This document shows, one piece after another, positions 25,240 to 37,935 of a DNA stretch of 64,000 nucleotides (position 1 is the first letter of the stretch; each line of letters begins with the position of its first letter). The notes under the pieces were generated by a model. The model was not told the DNA's origin, did not search any database, and worked only from the letters and a program-made list of their open reading frames with translations. The translations under genes were made by a program, and so were the position numbers. Origin of the DNA: Octopus sinensis (taxonomy: Eukaryota). The DNA lies in NCBI RefSeq assembly GCF_006345805.1, contig NC_043003.1:81344001-81408000 (forward strand). The letters are read 5' to 3'.

Positions 25240-25561
25240 ACTGAGTTGTTGCTGCTATTACCGCCGCTGGTGATGCTACTGCTAGTGTTACTACTGTTGC
25301 TGCTATTGTTGCTACTGCTGTTGTTGTTATGTTCTTTATCTACTTCTGCTTTGTTCAGAGCTGTCAACTATTGGATTATGTTGGAGCCTCTCTTATTATT
25401 GTTTTAGCCTGGCCCTCTGCAGACACATTTTCAACCTCTTCTTCAAATTCATTTCTATTGTTTCTTCTTTAGTCTAATAAAGCAGTCGCTGTTTTAACTT
25501 CTTTCACTCAAATAGACATATTTCTGTCTATATATTTGTTATTCGTTTTGATTCTTTAACT

Positions 25562-25768
25562 AGTGGAGGCGGGTGGCTTAGTGGTTAGGGTGTCCGCGTT
25601 GTGTTCTTGAACAAAACACTTCATTTCACGTTGCTCCAGTCCACCCAGCTGGCAAAAATGAGTAACGCTGCGATGGACTGGCGTCCCGTCCAGCTAGGGA
25701 ACACATACGCCATAGAGACCGGAAAACCGGGCCCATGAGCCTGGCTAGGCTTTAAAAGGGCGCATTTA
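25562..25768 (+). mobile_element. SINE with a different, internally deleted head but the same tail as 37471-37785, with TSD
   Basis: GAGTAACGCTGCGATGGACTGGCGTCCCGTCCAGCT...AAAAGGGCGCA; TSD TTTTGATTCT(T/G)TAACT at 25546-61 and 25769-84. Confidence 0.85.
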
Positions 25769-25789
25769 TTTTGATTCTGTAACTGCTTT

Positions 25790-26350
25790 GTTTCAGCCAT
25801 TGTAGTGCGGCCATGCTTGAGCATAGTCTTGTAGAGTTAGTAGAACGAATTCACCAATTTATATTTTGAATCTAGCATTTCTGCTATCGGCAGCTCTGCT
25901 GAACTATACTACGGAGAATGCGTGTGTGTGTGTATCTGGGGGAGGGAGGTAATCAAGCCAACCCCGATTGTCAAGACAAACAGAAATGTACACTCGCACG
26001 TGCACGCGCGCACATACTCACACGCGCACACACACACAAACAAACGCACAATGCATGTAGGCGTAGGAGTGGCTGCGTGCTAAGTAGCTTGCTCCAGCAT
26101 GGCCACAGTCAAATGACTGGAACAAGTAAAAGAGAAAAAAGAGCATACAAACAAACAAGTTTGTATGTAGGCATACAAACATACATATATACATATAAAC
26201 ACACACACACACACGATGAGCTTATACACTATTTCTCTCTACTAAATCCACTAATACAGTATTGGTTGGCCTGGGGCAAATTGTAAAAGACACTTGCCTG
26301 AAGTATCGCTCGGTGAGACTGAAGCCGAAACCACGTGGTTGTAAACCATG
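25790..26350 (-). mobile_element. Diverged SINE family A copy with a nested deleted family A fragment on +
   Basis: Similarity to 58098-58485; GGCGTAGGAGTGGCTGCGTGCTAAGTAGCTTGCTCCAGCATGG at about 26060. Confidence 0.65.
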
Positions 26351-26809
26351 CTAGCTTTGTTCATGCTTTGTATCTAATTCTATTATTTCTCTTCAGTTTA
26401 ACTAGAAATTTTTGTAGCTTTGCATTAGTTATTTATATAAGAATTTGATAGCTGCAAATGATCTCTCTTTCCATGGTGAAAAAATATAATCTTCCTCTGC
26501 CGAACTGTGGGGGGTGTATTCTAAATGCGCTCGTTAAATATTTTTGTATTCTGTCTATAATCTCAATGTATTTGTTGCTGTTATTGTAATTTCAATACAG
26601 AAGCGTTGCAATATCTGTAAAAATATATATGTTAGTCTAAAATCTCTCCCGGATATCTGAGTCACATCCGTTGTTACAATAGAAATGTGTTTCGGAAATT
26701 ACAAATTATTCTATATTTCTGTATAGAGCTAAAATTATGTACAGCATCTTTCACCCACATAGACAACAGTGAAACAACAGTGGCATTCGGCGGTAACACA
26801 TAATTATGA

Positions 26810-27390
26810 TTATTATGATGCCAACATTTAAAATAACGACCATGATGGTCATGATGATGATGATGATAATCATCATCGGCACCACCACCACCACCATCAC
26901 CATCATCATCAGCAGCAGCATGAACATCATCATCATCATCATCATCATCATCATTGTCGTAGTCATCATCATTGTCATTATTATCATCGCCATCATCAAT
27001 GACGGAATCTTTAAAGTTTGCTTTCCATTGCACATTGTAAACTTAATGGGAAGCCGATGAGAAGATGGTGATGAGCAAGTGGTAGAAGAAGAGGAGAAGG
27101 GGGGGAATGGAGTTGAAGGCATTATTATCTACTCAGTCGTTTACCATATTTGTTATAGCCATCAGAAAGTGTTTACTAAGAACACTATCCATGTACCAAT
27201 CATTAACAATATTCACCATAATCATCATCATGTCCAGCATTTTTATTGGTAATACATAAGAATCAAAATCATCACCATCATCATCGTCGTCATCATCATC
27301 ACCATAATCATCATAATCATCGTCATCATCATCATCATCGTCACCATCACCAGAAACAGCAGCAATCATGCGTCCACTGTCATTACCAAT
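26810..27390. repeat. Degenerate (CAT/CAC)n trinucleotide low-complexity region
   Basis: Directly visible; source of the poly-D/H/M ORFs. Confidence 0.9.
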
Positions 27391-28134
27391 TCCATTCAAC
27401 TATTATTGTCAATTCTCTTTATTTAGCAATTTATCTGTTTTACCAAAAACAATATGCCGTTAGCTGTAGTCTAGAATATTGAATTGGGAATGGTAAATAA
27501 TAATTTCCCCCAAAGGCTGAAGGCAAGTTTGGAAAGTAAAGAATATTGCTTTAAATAAACGGAGCAAGCTTTGTACATTAGTTGGCATTATGCGTTGTAA
27601 ATTCCAGTTGAATTTTTCTATTAATCTAGATCAGCGTCTGCGTAGATAATGATCCGAGATTAACTTGCCTATGTACACACTGAAGGTCCCTTTCTACTTC
27701 CCCTTTTCTTTTACCTCTGTAATTTCAAATTCATTTTGAGTCTATTTGTTGTTGTTACCTCTTAATTTCAAACAGTATATCTATAACTACATTATTCAGT
27801 TTTAAGACAGCTTCGTTTGATTTAATGTTGATTTGACAAATCTCGATAACATGTCCAGGCTTAACCGTTGGTGTAATTCCGATCGAAAGGATCGATTAAA
27901 CTGAGTCAGGTTCTTAGTAGTTCCAATTACGGTCCACGTCCTTCAGAAGATTTGAATTCAACATTATCTTAATGAACAATTCTACATCGTCAGCAAACCT
28001 AAAACCTCACACAGCATTTACGCAATGCTCTTACTAGCAAAACCCCGCAGCTTAACACTGCATAACACGAACTTGTCCATGTGTAGCAATAGTTGTTTCG
28101 TACTTGCTTGTCCTTAGAAAGTACGAGAAAAGAT

Positions 28135-28500
28135 TGATATTCCTTTCAAACATTGCCGTTGTTACATTTATTCAAACACTAAAGAATCCCTCTCAATAAA
28201 AGTTTAAGATGTTCCCTCACTACTCCTGCTCATGATCACAGACGTACTTATTGTCAGCTACTAAGGGACATGTTCAAGTGATTACGGTCAAGCAACTGAC
28301 TACCAATCTGTGGCATTGAGCAGAATATTTGTTCTAATGATATTTCTGTTTCAGCAACTCAGTACTGAATCTGTCTAAAATGTAATGGAAAATATGTCAT
28401 CTTCAAAGCATTGATGTCCAGGTTACAAAAGCAAAGTTTGAAGGGGATAGTAGTAATTTCCTTTGATTTCTAGATAGAAGCAAATAGAAAATAACTTACT
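28135..28500 (+). repeat. Dispersed repeat, homologous to 53395-53740 and (reverse complement, partial) to 31140-31210
   Basis: Shared GTTACATTTATT..AAAGAAT..CACTACTC..TCAGCAACT.AGT.CTGA..TGTAATGGAAAA..CAAAAGCAAAGTTTGAAG. Confidence 0.8.
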
Positions 28501-29659
28501 AAACAAAGACACCAAAACATAAATACACAATCTCAGCAGAATTCAGTTGTAGTTGTTTTTTGCCCCCGACCAACTCTATGATCGAAAGCATTTAAGCCAT
28601 AACATTCCGTATGTTTGTACATCAAAGTTAAAATTTCTCCAGCGGTTCCTTCTTTTTTTTACGACATAAGGTTGCAATTTGGGTGAGATTTTTTGGCTAG
28701 TAGCTCCTGTTTGTTGAAGCTTCATCATTAGTTTAAGTAGAAATAAGTAATTGACTGTGATATAAGGCGAACCGACGACACATCTGTCAAAAGAGTAACA
28801 ATGTATCACTCCAGTTAAAATGAAATCACGGTTTCATTACAATTTCAAGAAAATAGAAGGGCCGTATATCTTGTAGAGTGACAATGAAATATCACTTATG
28901 CTCACAGGAGATAATTGACTCAGCTATATGAATCAGATTTCTATGCATGCTGAGTGTCCATATGCAGTCTTTGTGTATGAACAAAGATTACATCCTGTAT
29001 ATATAGAGAAAGATAATAAAGAGGCAAGTGGTGAGAGAGAGAGAGGTTAATATTCGGTATATATGCAATATGCCATATATGAAAAGAAAAAGAGAGCTCG
29101 GAGAGCAGAACAAATGAAATGTGTGTGTATGTATGTATGTACGTATATATATGCACGTATATATATATATGTACGTATGTATGTATCTGTGTGTGTCTTT
29201 GTGCGTGTTTGTGTGTGTGTGTAGATAGTGTAAACGTACACGTACAATGTTCGGGAAATCATGAGAGATACTCAAATACGACTCTACGATGCTTTCAGTA
29301 CAAGTGGATTATCGTGAGGTTGTAGCTAGATCAACAATATCCTACTTGGCTGATACTGAACTTAAGATGGATAAATAAAAAAAATGCAGTGATTCGCGAA
29401 CTGGTGAAAGAAGAAACATTTCATACATAGTATAGAGTGTAATTATATCTAAGACATGTGAGAGGAAGACCAATGCTCAAAGCAAAGTGCAAACTCTCAG
29501 TAAGTAGTAAATCCAATAGTTTCTGCATGGTTTGAGTGATTACAACTGCACCCAGCTTGGTGTGATGGCTGCATAAATAACAGAGGAAGGTAGCGTACTG
29601 CATTGTGGATCATAGGAAATAAGTTACTAACTGTACTAAGTGATAATATAAGAAGGAGC

Positions 29660-30085
29660 ACAAGGTTGCGAGCTAGCAGAGACGTTAAGGACGCTGGCCG
29701 AAATGCTTAGCGACATTTCGTCCGTTTCTACGTTCTGAGTTCAAATTCCACCGAGGTCGACTTTGTCTTTCGTCTTTTCGGGGTCGATGGAATGAATATC
29801 GTTGAGTAATGGGCTCCATATGATAACTTATTCCCTTCCCTGAACTTGCTGGCCTTGTGCCAAAATTTGAAATCAATATTAGAAGGAGCACAAGAGCGGC
29901 GAGATGGAGCAGGTATTTCGTCCGTCTTTACGTTTGAAGTCAAATTCCACCAGCATTGACATCACCTTTCATCTTTTCGGAAATCGATAGAATAAGTACT
30001 TTTGAGCCCCGGGACAATGTAATTGCCTTACTCCTTCCCCGAAATTGCTGGCCTTGTGCCAAAATGTGAAGCCAATATTAGAAAG
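29660..30085 (+). mobile_element. Tandem SINE family B copies
   Basis: Repeated GCTGGCCTTGTGCCAAAAT ends; GTCGACTTTGTCTTTCGTCTTTTCGGGGTCGAT core. Confidence 0.8.
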
Positions 30086-31024
30086 AGCAGAGAATATTTT
30101 AATCACCGGGCGAAACCAACTGTATGAAACACTGTATTGGTCTAAACGATGTCTTAGTCAGAACAGTGATATGTATTAGATATATATGTTATACGCTAGT
30201 ACAGAACAGCTATTCGTCTCTCACAAGCGAACATAGCTGAGTGAAACGTATTATGTTTCCTATAACTGTTTTAGGTACCTATATTATCGAGAGCTCTTTC
30301 TCAGATCCTTTACTCTATAGAGAGCGTAACATCTAGAAATGATCAACTGGACGAGAGTGGTCTGCCCCAGGACCTGGCTGGCACTCATTACAACCGTTGC
30401 ATATTGATGCAATGTGAAATGAACTGCTTAGTCAAGGACACAAGACACAATCTAGCAAGCGAACTCATGATCATGATCTAAGCACACTGACCACAATTAT
30501 ACGTACTTTCCCTTATATTGATAATTATACTAATTTATGTATGGTTTGAAGATTTAAGTAAAGATGATCACACCACATCGATGAAACAACCAATGCGGTA
30601 TTGGTTGCTTAATGGACTCTGGAACAGGGGGTGCAGTGGGTGCAAGTGCACCTCCTAAAACTTTTTGACAGGGCGAAGTCAAAATTTGCACCCCTACTTA
30701 TATTTTTCAGGTTTAGAAAACAGTGCATAAAAAGTGAGCAGTAAAAAGAAGCTTGAGGTTAGGTTTCTTCTCAAAAACAAAGAACAAAAATAAATATAAA
30801 AACAAACATTAATAATTCCTTGTTTGTAAAGATTTTGAACCTGGCTTTACACATCCTAAGCAAATTTCACCCTCGAACCAGCACCAGTATCTAATACACA
30901 TATTAGCCTATGGTTTGCGTAAATAATAATGGTATTGAATTTTGGCACAAGGCCAGCAGTCTCAGGGGAGGAAATGAGTCGATGAATACACTGATTCTAG
31001 TACTCAACTGGTACTTATTTTGTA

Positions 31025-31076
31025 AATAATAATAACAACAACAGCAATAATAATAATAATGATAATAATAATAATG

Positions 31077-31138
<62 letters not shown>

Positions 31139-31140
31139 CA
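31025..31140. repeat. (TAA)n microsatellite
   Basis: Directly visible. Confidence 0.95.
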
Positions 31141-31474
31141 CGAGTAGAAGTAGTGGGGGAGCATCATAACCATGTGTTGAGAGGGATTCTTTGGAGTTTG
31201 AATAATTCACCTCTGGAAATATGAGTGTTTCGTTCAACCCTTATTCAGGGACCTTTTGAGCTGGATGGGTTACTCGAGCAGAAGAAAATTCGAACTGGGC
31301 CCCACATGCAATGTCATGTGCTGTTTATCTTGATATGAGATCACCATGTTGCGCACATATGGTTGTGATGCATGTGCCAAGTGTATCCTTATCAGATGCG
31401 TAGTTATGACGGGTGTACTGGGCTTCGTATATTTTACCCCAGTGTCTCTTTGCTCTGCTCACTCTATAATAATA

Positions 31475-31935
31475 ATATTTCTACTAGGACAGCAATTTTG
31501 GGAGAAGAGAGCTATGCAATTTACACCGAACCCAATGTTCAACAGGTACTTATTTTATCGACCGCGAAAGGATGAAAGGCAAAAATTCGACCTCGGTGGA
31601 ATTTGAACTCAGAACGTAGCGACTGGCAAAATACCGCTAAGCATGTCGTCCAGCATTCTAACGATTCTACTAGCTCACTGCCTTAGTAATAATAATAAGA
31701 AGAAGAAGAAGAAGAATCCCTTCTAATACAGGCACTAGGCCTGAAATTTTGCCGGAGAGGGCTAGCCAGTTGTAGTTACATCGACCCTAGTGCTCAACTG
31801 GTGCTTATCTTACCAACCCCGAAAGCATAAAAGACAAATCAACCTCGGTAATATTTGAATTCAGAGCATAATGAGTCGGAAGAAATACTAAGTACTTTGT
31901 CCGACGTACTTACGATTCAGCTAGTTCTCTGCCTT
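31475..31935 (-). mobile_element. Two SINE family B copies
   Basis: CGAAAGGATGAAAGGCAAAA..GAATTTGAACTCAGAACG. Confidence 0.8.
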
Positions 31936-32949
31936 AACAACAACAACAAGAAAAATGATAAATCTATTGTAAATTCACAAATCCGAAATAAAAAGTTATG
32001 CAACCGAAATAATGCATTAAATATTAAAATTTAAAAATACAAATATATTTTATTTCATTCACAGCAAAATTGCTGTGAATGAAATATATCCTGAAAATGA
32101 CAAATACAGTCATTATCTGAACATTTCAATTAGTAACGGAGAAATAAAAGTAAACGGTATGTTGAGTAATGCCGTTTTCACTTGGCAGAAAAACAAAATA
32201 TGAATATCATAGAGTTACTGTTTGACGGTTGATTGACCATTTGATTAAATATATATTTAATAAAAATAAAAAAGCTGCAGGAAAGACTGAAATTTCTTCC
32301 TCTCTTTCTCTCTCGCTCTCTCTTCTTTTCTCTAGCACTCAACCTAACCCACTCTCTCATGAGGCTTAACTTCTTTGACAATCCACATCTTTGCGTATTA
32401 TGAAGATTATTTTCCTTCCCATTAGCAGACAGTAGTACATTAGTCAATATTCTCCAATCCATAATTGAAGATTGTCACCATTCTTTACAATATTGTTATA
32501 AAGCAATTGTTTCTCAACATACATTCTCTCAATCTTTCTCTTTCTTCTCTTTCTTCATTTCTCTCCCTCCCTGCTTCTCTCACTCTCTCTCGTATACAAA
32601 AAGGAATTGGCTGTCTGACGTACGAATGCTATTTTCGTATTGTTTATTGTTTACAATCTATGTCTTCTTTGAACTGGTTTTATTAGTTGTGCTAGTCTGT
32701 GTACAGGCGCCATTGTTGGCGGTGCTAGTGAGGGTGTTATCCTTTGTGTTTGTACAATGAATCGTTGGTGAATGGTCGGCAACTCTAGAGATTCTGTAAC
32801 ATTTTGAGTGAAAGAATTCTCTTGTTTTATAAAATCTTTCGAGAGATGATAAACACAGGTTAGCTAGCCAACAGTTTGAGCTCGAAAGAGTTGATAAAAT
32901 GAAGGTGTCTATAATAATAATTTACCTGGATGGTATAGATTTTCATTTT

Positions 32950-33345
32950 TAGCTGCATGCTTAAGAAGTTAGCTTCAAAACCATACAGTTTCGGATTTAG
33001 GTTCCGTGCTTGGCACCTTCACCAAGAATATTCTACTATAGTCTCAAGCAGACGAAGACCTTTGCTAGTGAGTTTTACTGAAGGAAACTCTGCTGAAGTT
33101 TGACGTTTATCTATAGGTGTGTCTGTGTGTGTATGTGTATGGGTATTTGTGGTGATCTCTCACCGCTTGACAACAAATGCTAGCTTGTTTACGTCCACGT
33201 AACTTAGAGGCTTGGCATAAGGCGAATGATAAAATAACCACCAGACTTGAAATGAAACGAAGGTCGATTAGATCGACTAAACTCTTCGAGGCTGTTCCTC
33301 GGTATGACCATAGTTAAATCAAGGAAACAAGTAAAAGAATGAAAG
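32950..33345 (+). mobile_element. Diverged SINE family A copy
   Basis: GGCACCTT..TTCTACTATAG..CCGCTTGACAAC..GAAACAAGTAAAAGA. Confidence 0.7.
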
Positions 33346-34099
33346 AGAAGGAAACAGACAATCGATTCTGTTAATGTCATCGCTGCTTTATCAGTTCAAC
33401 CATCCAGGAGCGGAAATAAAAGTAAAAGAGAATCAGAGAAGAAATTTCACTGAGAATCATAATAAAAGACCAGAGATGATACTGTAAAAACTTGTGTTTC
33501 AACCGCTGCGAATTGCACCAAGACACCAATATTTTGCATCTTACTTATCTCGAAAGCAAAATAGCATACCATAATCATTGCAAAAGAGTAGATTCATTCC
33601 TAATCAACTTATATAATAGACATGATAAAACTTGCAGCCTGATATCGGTAATTTTGAAATATTTTATTGGTTCAAGAAAATATTCAACTTCGTCTATAAA
33701 TGGTATCTTATCAGCTTCTATTATTGGTGCTACAGTTCTGTACTAACAGGAGTTCAACTATAGACCTCAAAGTATTGAGCATTCAATTCACAGAATATTT
33801 TCTCCAATAAGCACTCTGTGTTGTTCATCAATATCAGGAATTTGGTTCGTAAAATACATTTTCTTCTTCTGATTCAAAGATTATTAATCTGCAGTATCTT
33901 TTAGCCTCCTTTCCACCACCTTTACTTCATCAATTAACAGCTATTCAGATATCTATGTAGAAAGGTATACTTACTTCTTTCTGACTTTCTGATATATGGT
34001 GTTGTAGCAGGAGAATCATATTGTATTATGAATACGTAGCCATATGAGCATAAACATATATACATATAAATACATACATACACACCCACACATACAATC

Positions 34100-34142
<43 letters not shown>

Positions 34143-36715
34143 TACATAAATGGGTGCGAGAGCTTATCTTTATATATGGGAATGTATGTACTGAGGTATT
34201 CATAGAGTTGTAACACACACACACATGTATATAATAGTTTTATATCTCTCTCGGTATGGATACATACACAGACGTACACGTCACTTCACCTGTATCAGAT
34301 GCCATCGCTGTAGCAGATCAAGTGCAGGCCTTGTAGAGGTGATTTCTGAACAGAACAGTGAATGTCTTCGAACGGCTGACAGACGCCGTCGACCGCACAC
34401 ACACACATTTTGTCTATAATGAACAAGAGGAAATTGTGTAATTGCAAATTATTCGGCTTAAGCCGTGTGTTGTTACTTAAATGTCATTTCAAAGAAAGAA
34501 AACATCATGTTGCTGTTTTAAATGATTATATAAAATGGAAGCTTAATTCATCGTCCACGGCTTCAGTTAAAGGTATGCGCGCACTCACACACACACACAC
34601 ACACACATAAGCATATAATAGAAATATAGAAATATATAGACACACGCATGTATATAAGCGCGTTTGGAAACTAAGTGAATCGTTTACTTCTTCCCTCCTC
34701 TTCCTTCTCCTACTACTACTACTCCCCCTCCACCTACTACTACTAGAATAGTACGTGGTGGTGATTAGCCAGTATCTGTTCAGTGGAATTTGTTAGAAAG
34801 AAACTGCATAGATGCCCGTCGTGTGTATATTTGTGTGTGTCTGTCTGTGTGTGTGTGTGTGTGTGTTGTTTGTGGTTTTACGGACTAAAATTGGTGTAGT
34901 CTATGTTAATCTATTTCTATATCCCTTCACTTAGTGGTCCGACAAATATTTCTCGATAAAATAAGTAATAGGCCCGAACAAGTTCTATATAAGTTAATAT
35001 AGTTTGTTTTAAGCTTTTATTATGCAATGCCTAAGCATGACCTCAGTCCAATGACTGAAACCAGTAAATGAACAATAGAACAAATACTTTTCTTTTATCA
35101 GACTATGAATTGAAAGAAATATATTTGATTGATTCACAATAGCATATTTAACTTGTGTGTTTCAATCTAGTTTTAATTCGTGTGTCTGTACTTACACGTG
35201 TCTGTTTACATGAGCGTATGCAATTTCTTCATTTTCCTGTTAGTTTAGAAAGGAATGCAGATATTTCAATTAAATGTCATTCGTTGTTGATCAACGTTCT
35301 GAATAATCCGGTAGAATATTAAATTATTTATTATTTTTGGACTTCTATTTACAGTAAATCTGACTATTACAGCTGACGCCTTTTTATCCACTTAGCTAGC
35401 ATAGCTTGACCCTGTTGTAATAGTTTGCAACTGGCTTTTAAACGATCGCTTACTATGCAAAGTAGGGTGCTGAAACAATGCCAATATTACTCATTGTTCA
35501 TTCACCTTTATTGTCGAAGCTGGACATAATTCTTCTGATGACAAAGAAGTAGAAGAGCTATAAGCGGTGAATATCAATCTTGGGTGTAAGATATTAGAGA
35601 AACATGGTAAAATATTCAATAAATCCAATATGGGATTTTCTTTTCAATCGATTATATTAATAGGTTCTCAGATATGAACTTTTAAACTACATATGGCCGT
35701 ACATCTATTGAATGTCTTCAGTTTAACATTAGAAACACTTCTGTCATAATTTTGGCTTCTAAAAAAAAATATATTATGTTCTCACCATAATAATTTGATA
35801 AGCTTTCAGCATTAAGGAGAATACATTCGATGCGGCATTTGCAAAGGTCGCCTTCTGGTATTTTCTTTTCTAATGAATAAAAACCATTCAAAAGGTAGCC
35901 TAATAGCTGACCTGAAAGAATGGTTTAACGACAATCCATAGAGATATGAAAGGAATTATAACAACAGATGTATCTGAAACCACAAACTAATATATATTTC
36001 TCTATTTTTATTTTATTTTTTTTAGCCAAGTGCAATTTTGGGGATTTGTTTTTATTAATTAGTCAGAAATGAAAGGTGGGGAAACCACTATTAAATTTTT
36101 TTTATATTTTAGATCACGCCAGACAGGTGGAAAGATGTTTTTAATTGAAACATTTTTGGGTCGGCATCTGCTGGAAACACGTGAGTGAATATGTATTGAT
36201 AATGGGCTACAAAATATAGGAAGAAGAATACAAAAAAAAAAAAGGATAGATGACCGACGGAATGAAGTAGAGAATTTGAGAGGAGGAAAGATAGCTACAT
36301 CAAGCAGAGAGATAATATAATTGCAAGAATAATTGACACACACACGCGCGCGCGCACACATATACATATGTATGCATATATGCGTGTGCTTGTGCGTATA
36401 TCTGTATATAAGGCATTTCTTTACTTTCTCCAACGAAGAGGCGAATAAATTTTAATTCATTGACAATATTTTAGAAATATCATTGAATCGCATCACTAAT
36501 TTTCGCCATTATCTAAATTCATGTCTTTTTCCACTTGAATTATTTCGTCAAACCGTCCCCATCAAAGTCCCAACATCCTTTTTTTAATATGCAACTTATA
36601 ACTCGTTAAAATTGTTCGTGACTTTTACCATTTCCGAAAATTTGGCAAGGTACTGAGTGGGCTCGAAATGATTAGGCTTTTCTGCTGAAGCTTAGTAAAA
36701 TTATATTATGTGCCC

Positions 36716-36890
36716 GTGCAAAAAAGATAGTGGTAGCCAAATTCAACAGAGCTCAATATTTTGTTCGATTTCCTCTTATCCATATTATAAATGATGAATT
36801 TCTTCTACTACTACTACTACTAGCACCAGCACCACCGCTGCTGCTACAGCCACTACCACCACCACCACCACCACTACTACTTCTACTACT
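36716..36890 (+). repeat. Direct duplicate of 38304-about 38480 (offset 1588 bp), including (CTA/CCA)n tract
   Basis: GTGCAAAAAAGATAG.GGTAGCCAAA.TCAACAGAGCTC...CTAGCACCAGCACCACCGCT at both sites. Confidence 0.9.
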
Positions 36891-37470
36891 TGTTCGCTAA
36901 CGAAGATCAGGTTTATCTCCCTAAACAAGAACCTTAAGTTCTCTGTGAAATTCTTAAATTCTTGCACAGGTACTGCTTAATTGTATGTATGTATATTCAT
37001 AGATACACAGATATACATACATTCATGTATATGCATATGTTTAAATATATATATATATATATATACACGCATGCATACATGCATACATACATGTTGAAAT
37101 CAGGTGCACAGCAGATGTTAACTATAGGCCAAAGATCAGCGAAGAAAAAAATATCTACGCTTAACTATTGAGAAATCTACAGTTACACAACCCATGACAC
37201 AAGTTCAGGTTTATACCTGTAATTATTGGAGCGCTGATAATATGTAGCATACTGTCTAAGTGCCAATCTTGAGAAATTAAGCTTTTGAAAACCGGAAAGA
37301 TGAAAGTTGATTCGAAGACTACAGAGCTAAGCCATCACTAGAACTGTATAAATTTATAAAACTGTGCAGAAATTTATCCTTTAAATAAATATACGCATGT
37401 CTAGACATGCAACAAGATACATGAGATAAATAAAACAAAACATAAAAATCTGTACATGCACTGATTACAA

Positions 37471-37785
37471 TTTTTTTTTCTGCGCCCTTTTCAAGCCTAG
37501 CCAGGCTCATGGGCCTGGTTTCCTGGTTTCTATGGCGTATGTGTTCCCCCCAGCTGGACGGAACGCCAGTCCATCGCAGCGTTACTCGAGAAACAGGAAG
37601 AAAGAGTGAGAGAAAGTTGAGGCGAAAGAGTACAAGAGGGGTCGTCACCACCCCCTGCCGGAGCCTCGTGGAGCTTTAGGTGTTTTCGCTCAGTAAACAC
37701 ACACAACGCCCGGTCTGGGAATCGAAACCGCGATCCTCCAATCGCGAGTCCGCTGCGCTAATCACTGGTCCATTGCACCTCCACA
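37471..37785 (-). mobile_element. tRNA-derived SINE family D, tail type 3 (GATGGACTGGCG..CGTCCAG domain, poly-A end), with TSD
   Basis: Head homologous to 12130; TSD TGATTACAA at 37462-70 and 37787-95. Confidence 0.88.
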
Positions 37786-37824
37786 TTGATTACAAATACT
37801 GCACATATACACACATACACGCGA

Positions 37825-37935
37825 AAATACTTTGTTGATGTTTCTGAAATTTCAGTGAAGCGGCCTTGTATCTTGATTAGAAACCGGCTCTTTCTCTATT
37901 GGCAAGAGATCTCGAAATAAAACTAAATAATAGCA
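37825..37935 (+). repeat. About 110-bp dispersed repeat abutting (ATAC)n; reverse-complement copy at about 52310-52420
   Basis: TTAGAAACCGGCTCTTTCTCTATTGG.AAGA.ATC shared. Confidence 0.75.

Noticed and set aside
33480-33900. Possible LINE RT-upstream relic on -
   Set aside because: Only faint motif resemblance; cannot be supported without a search
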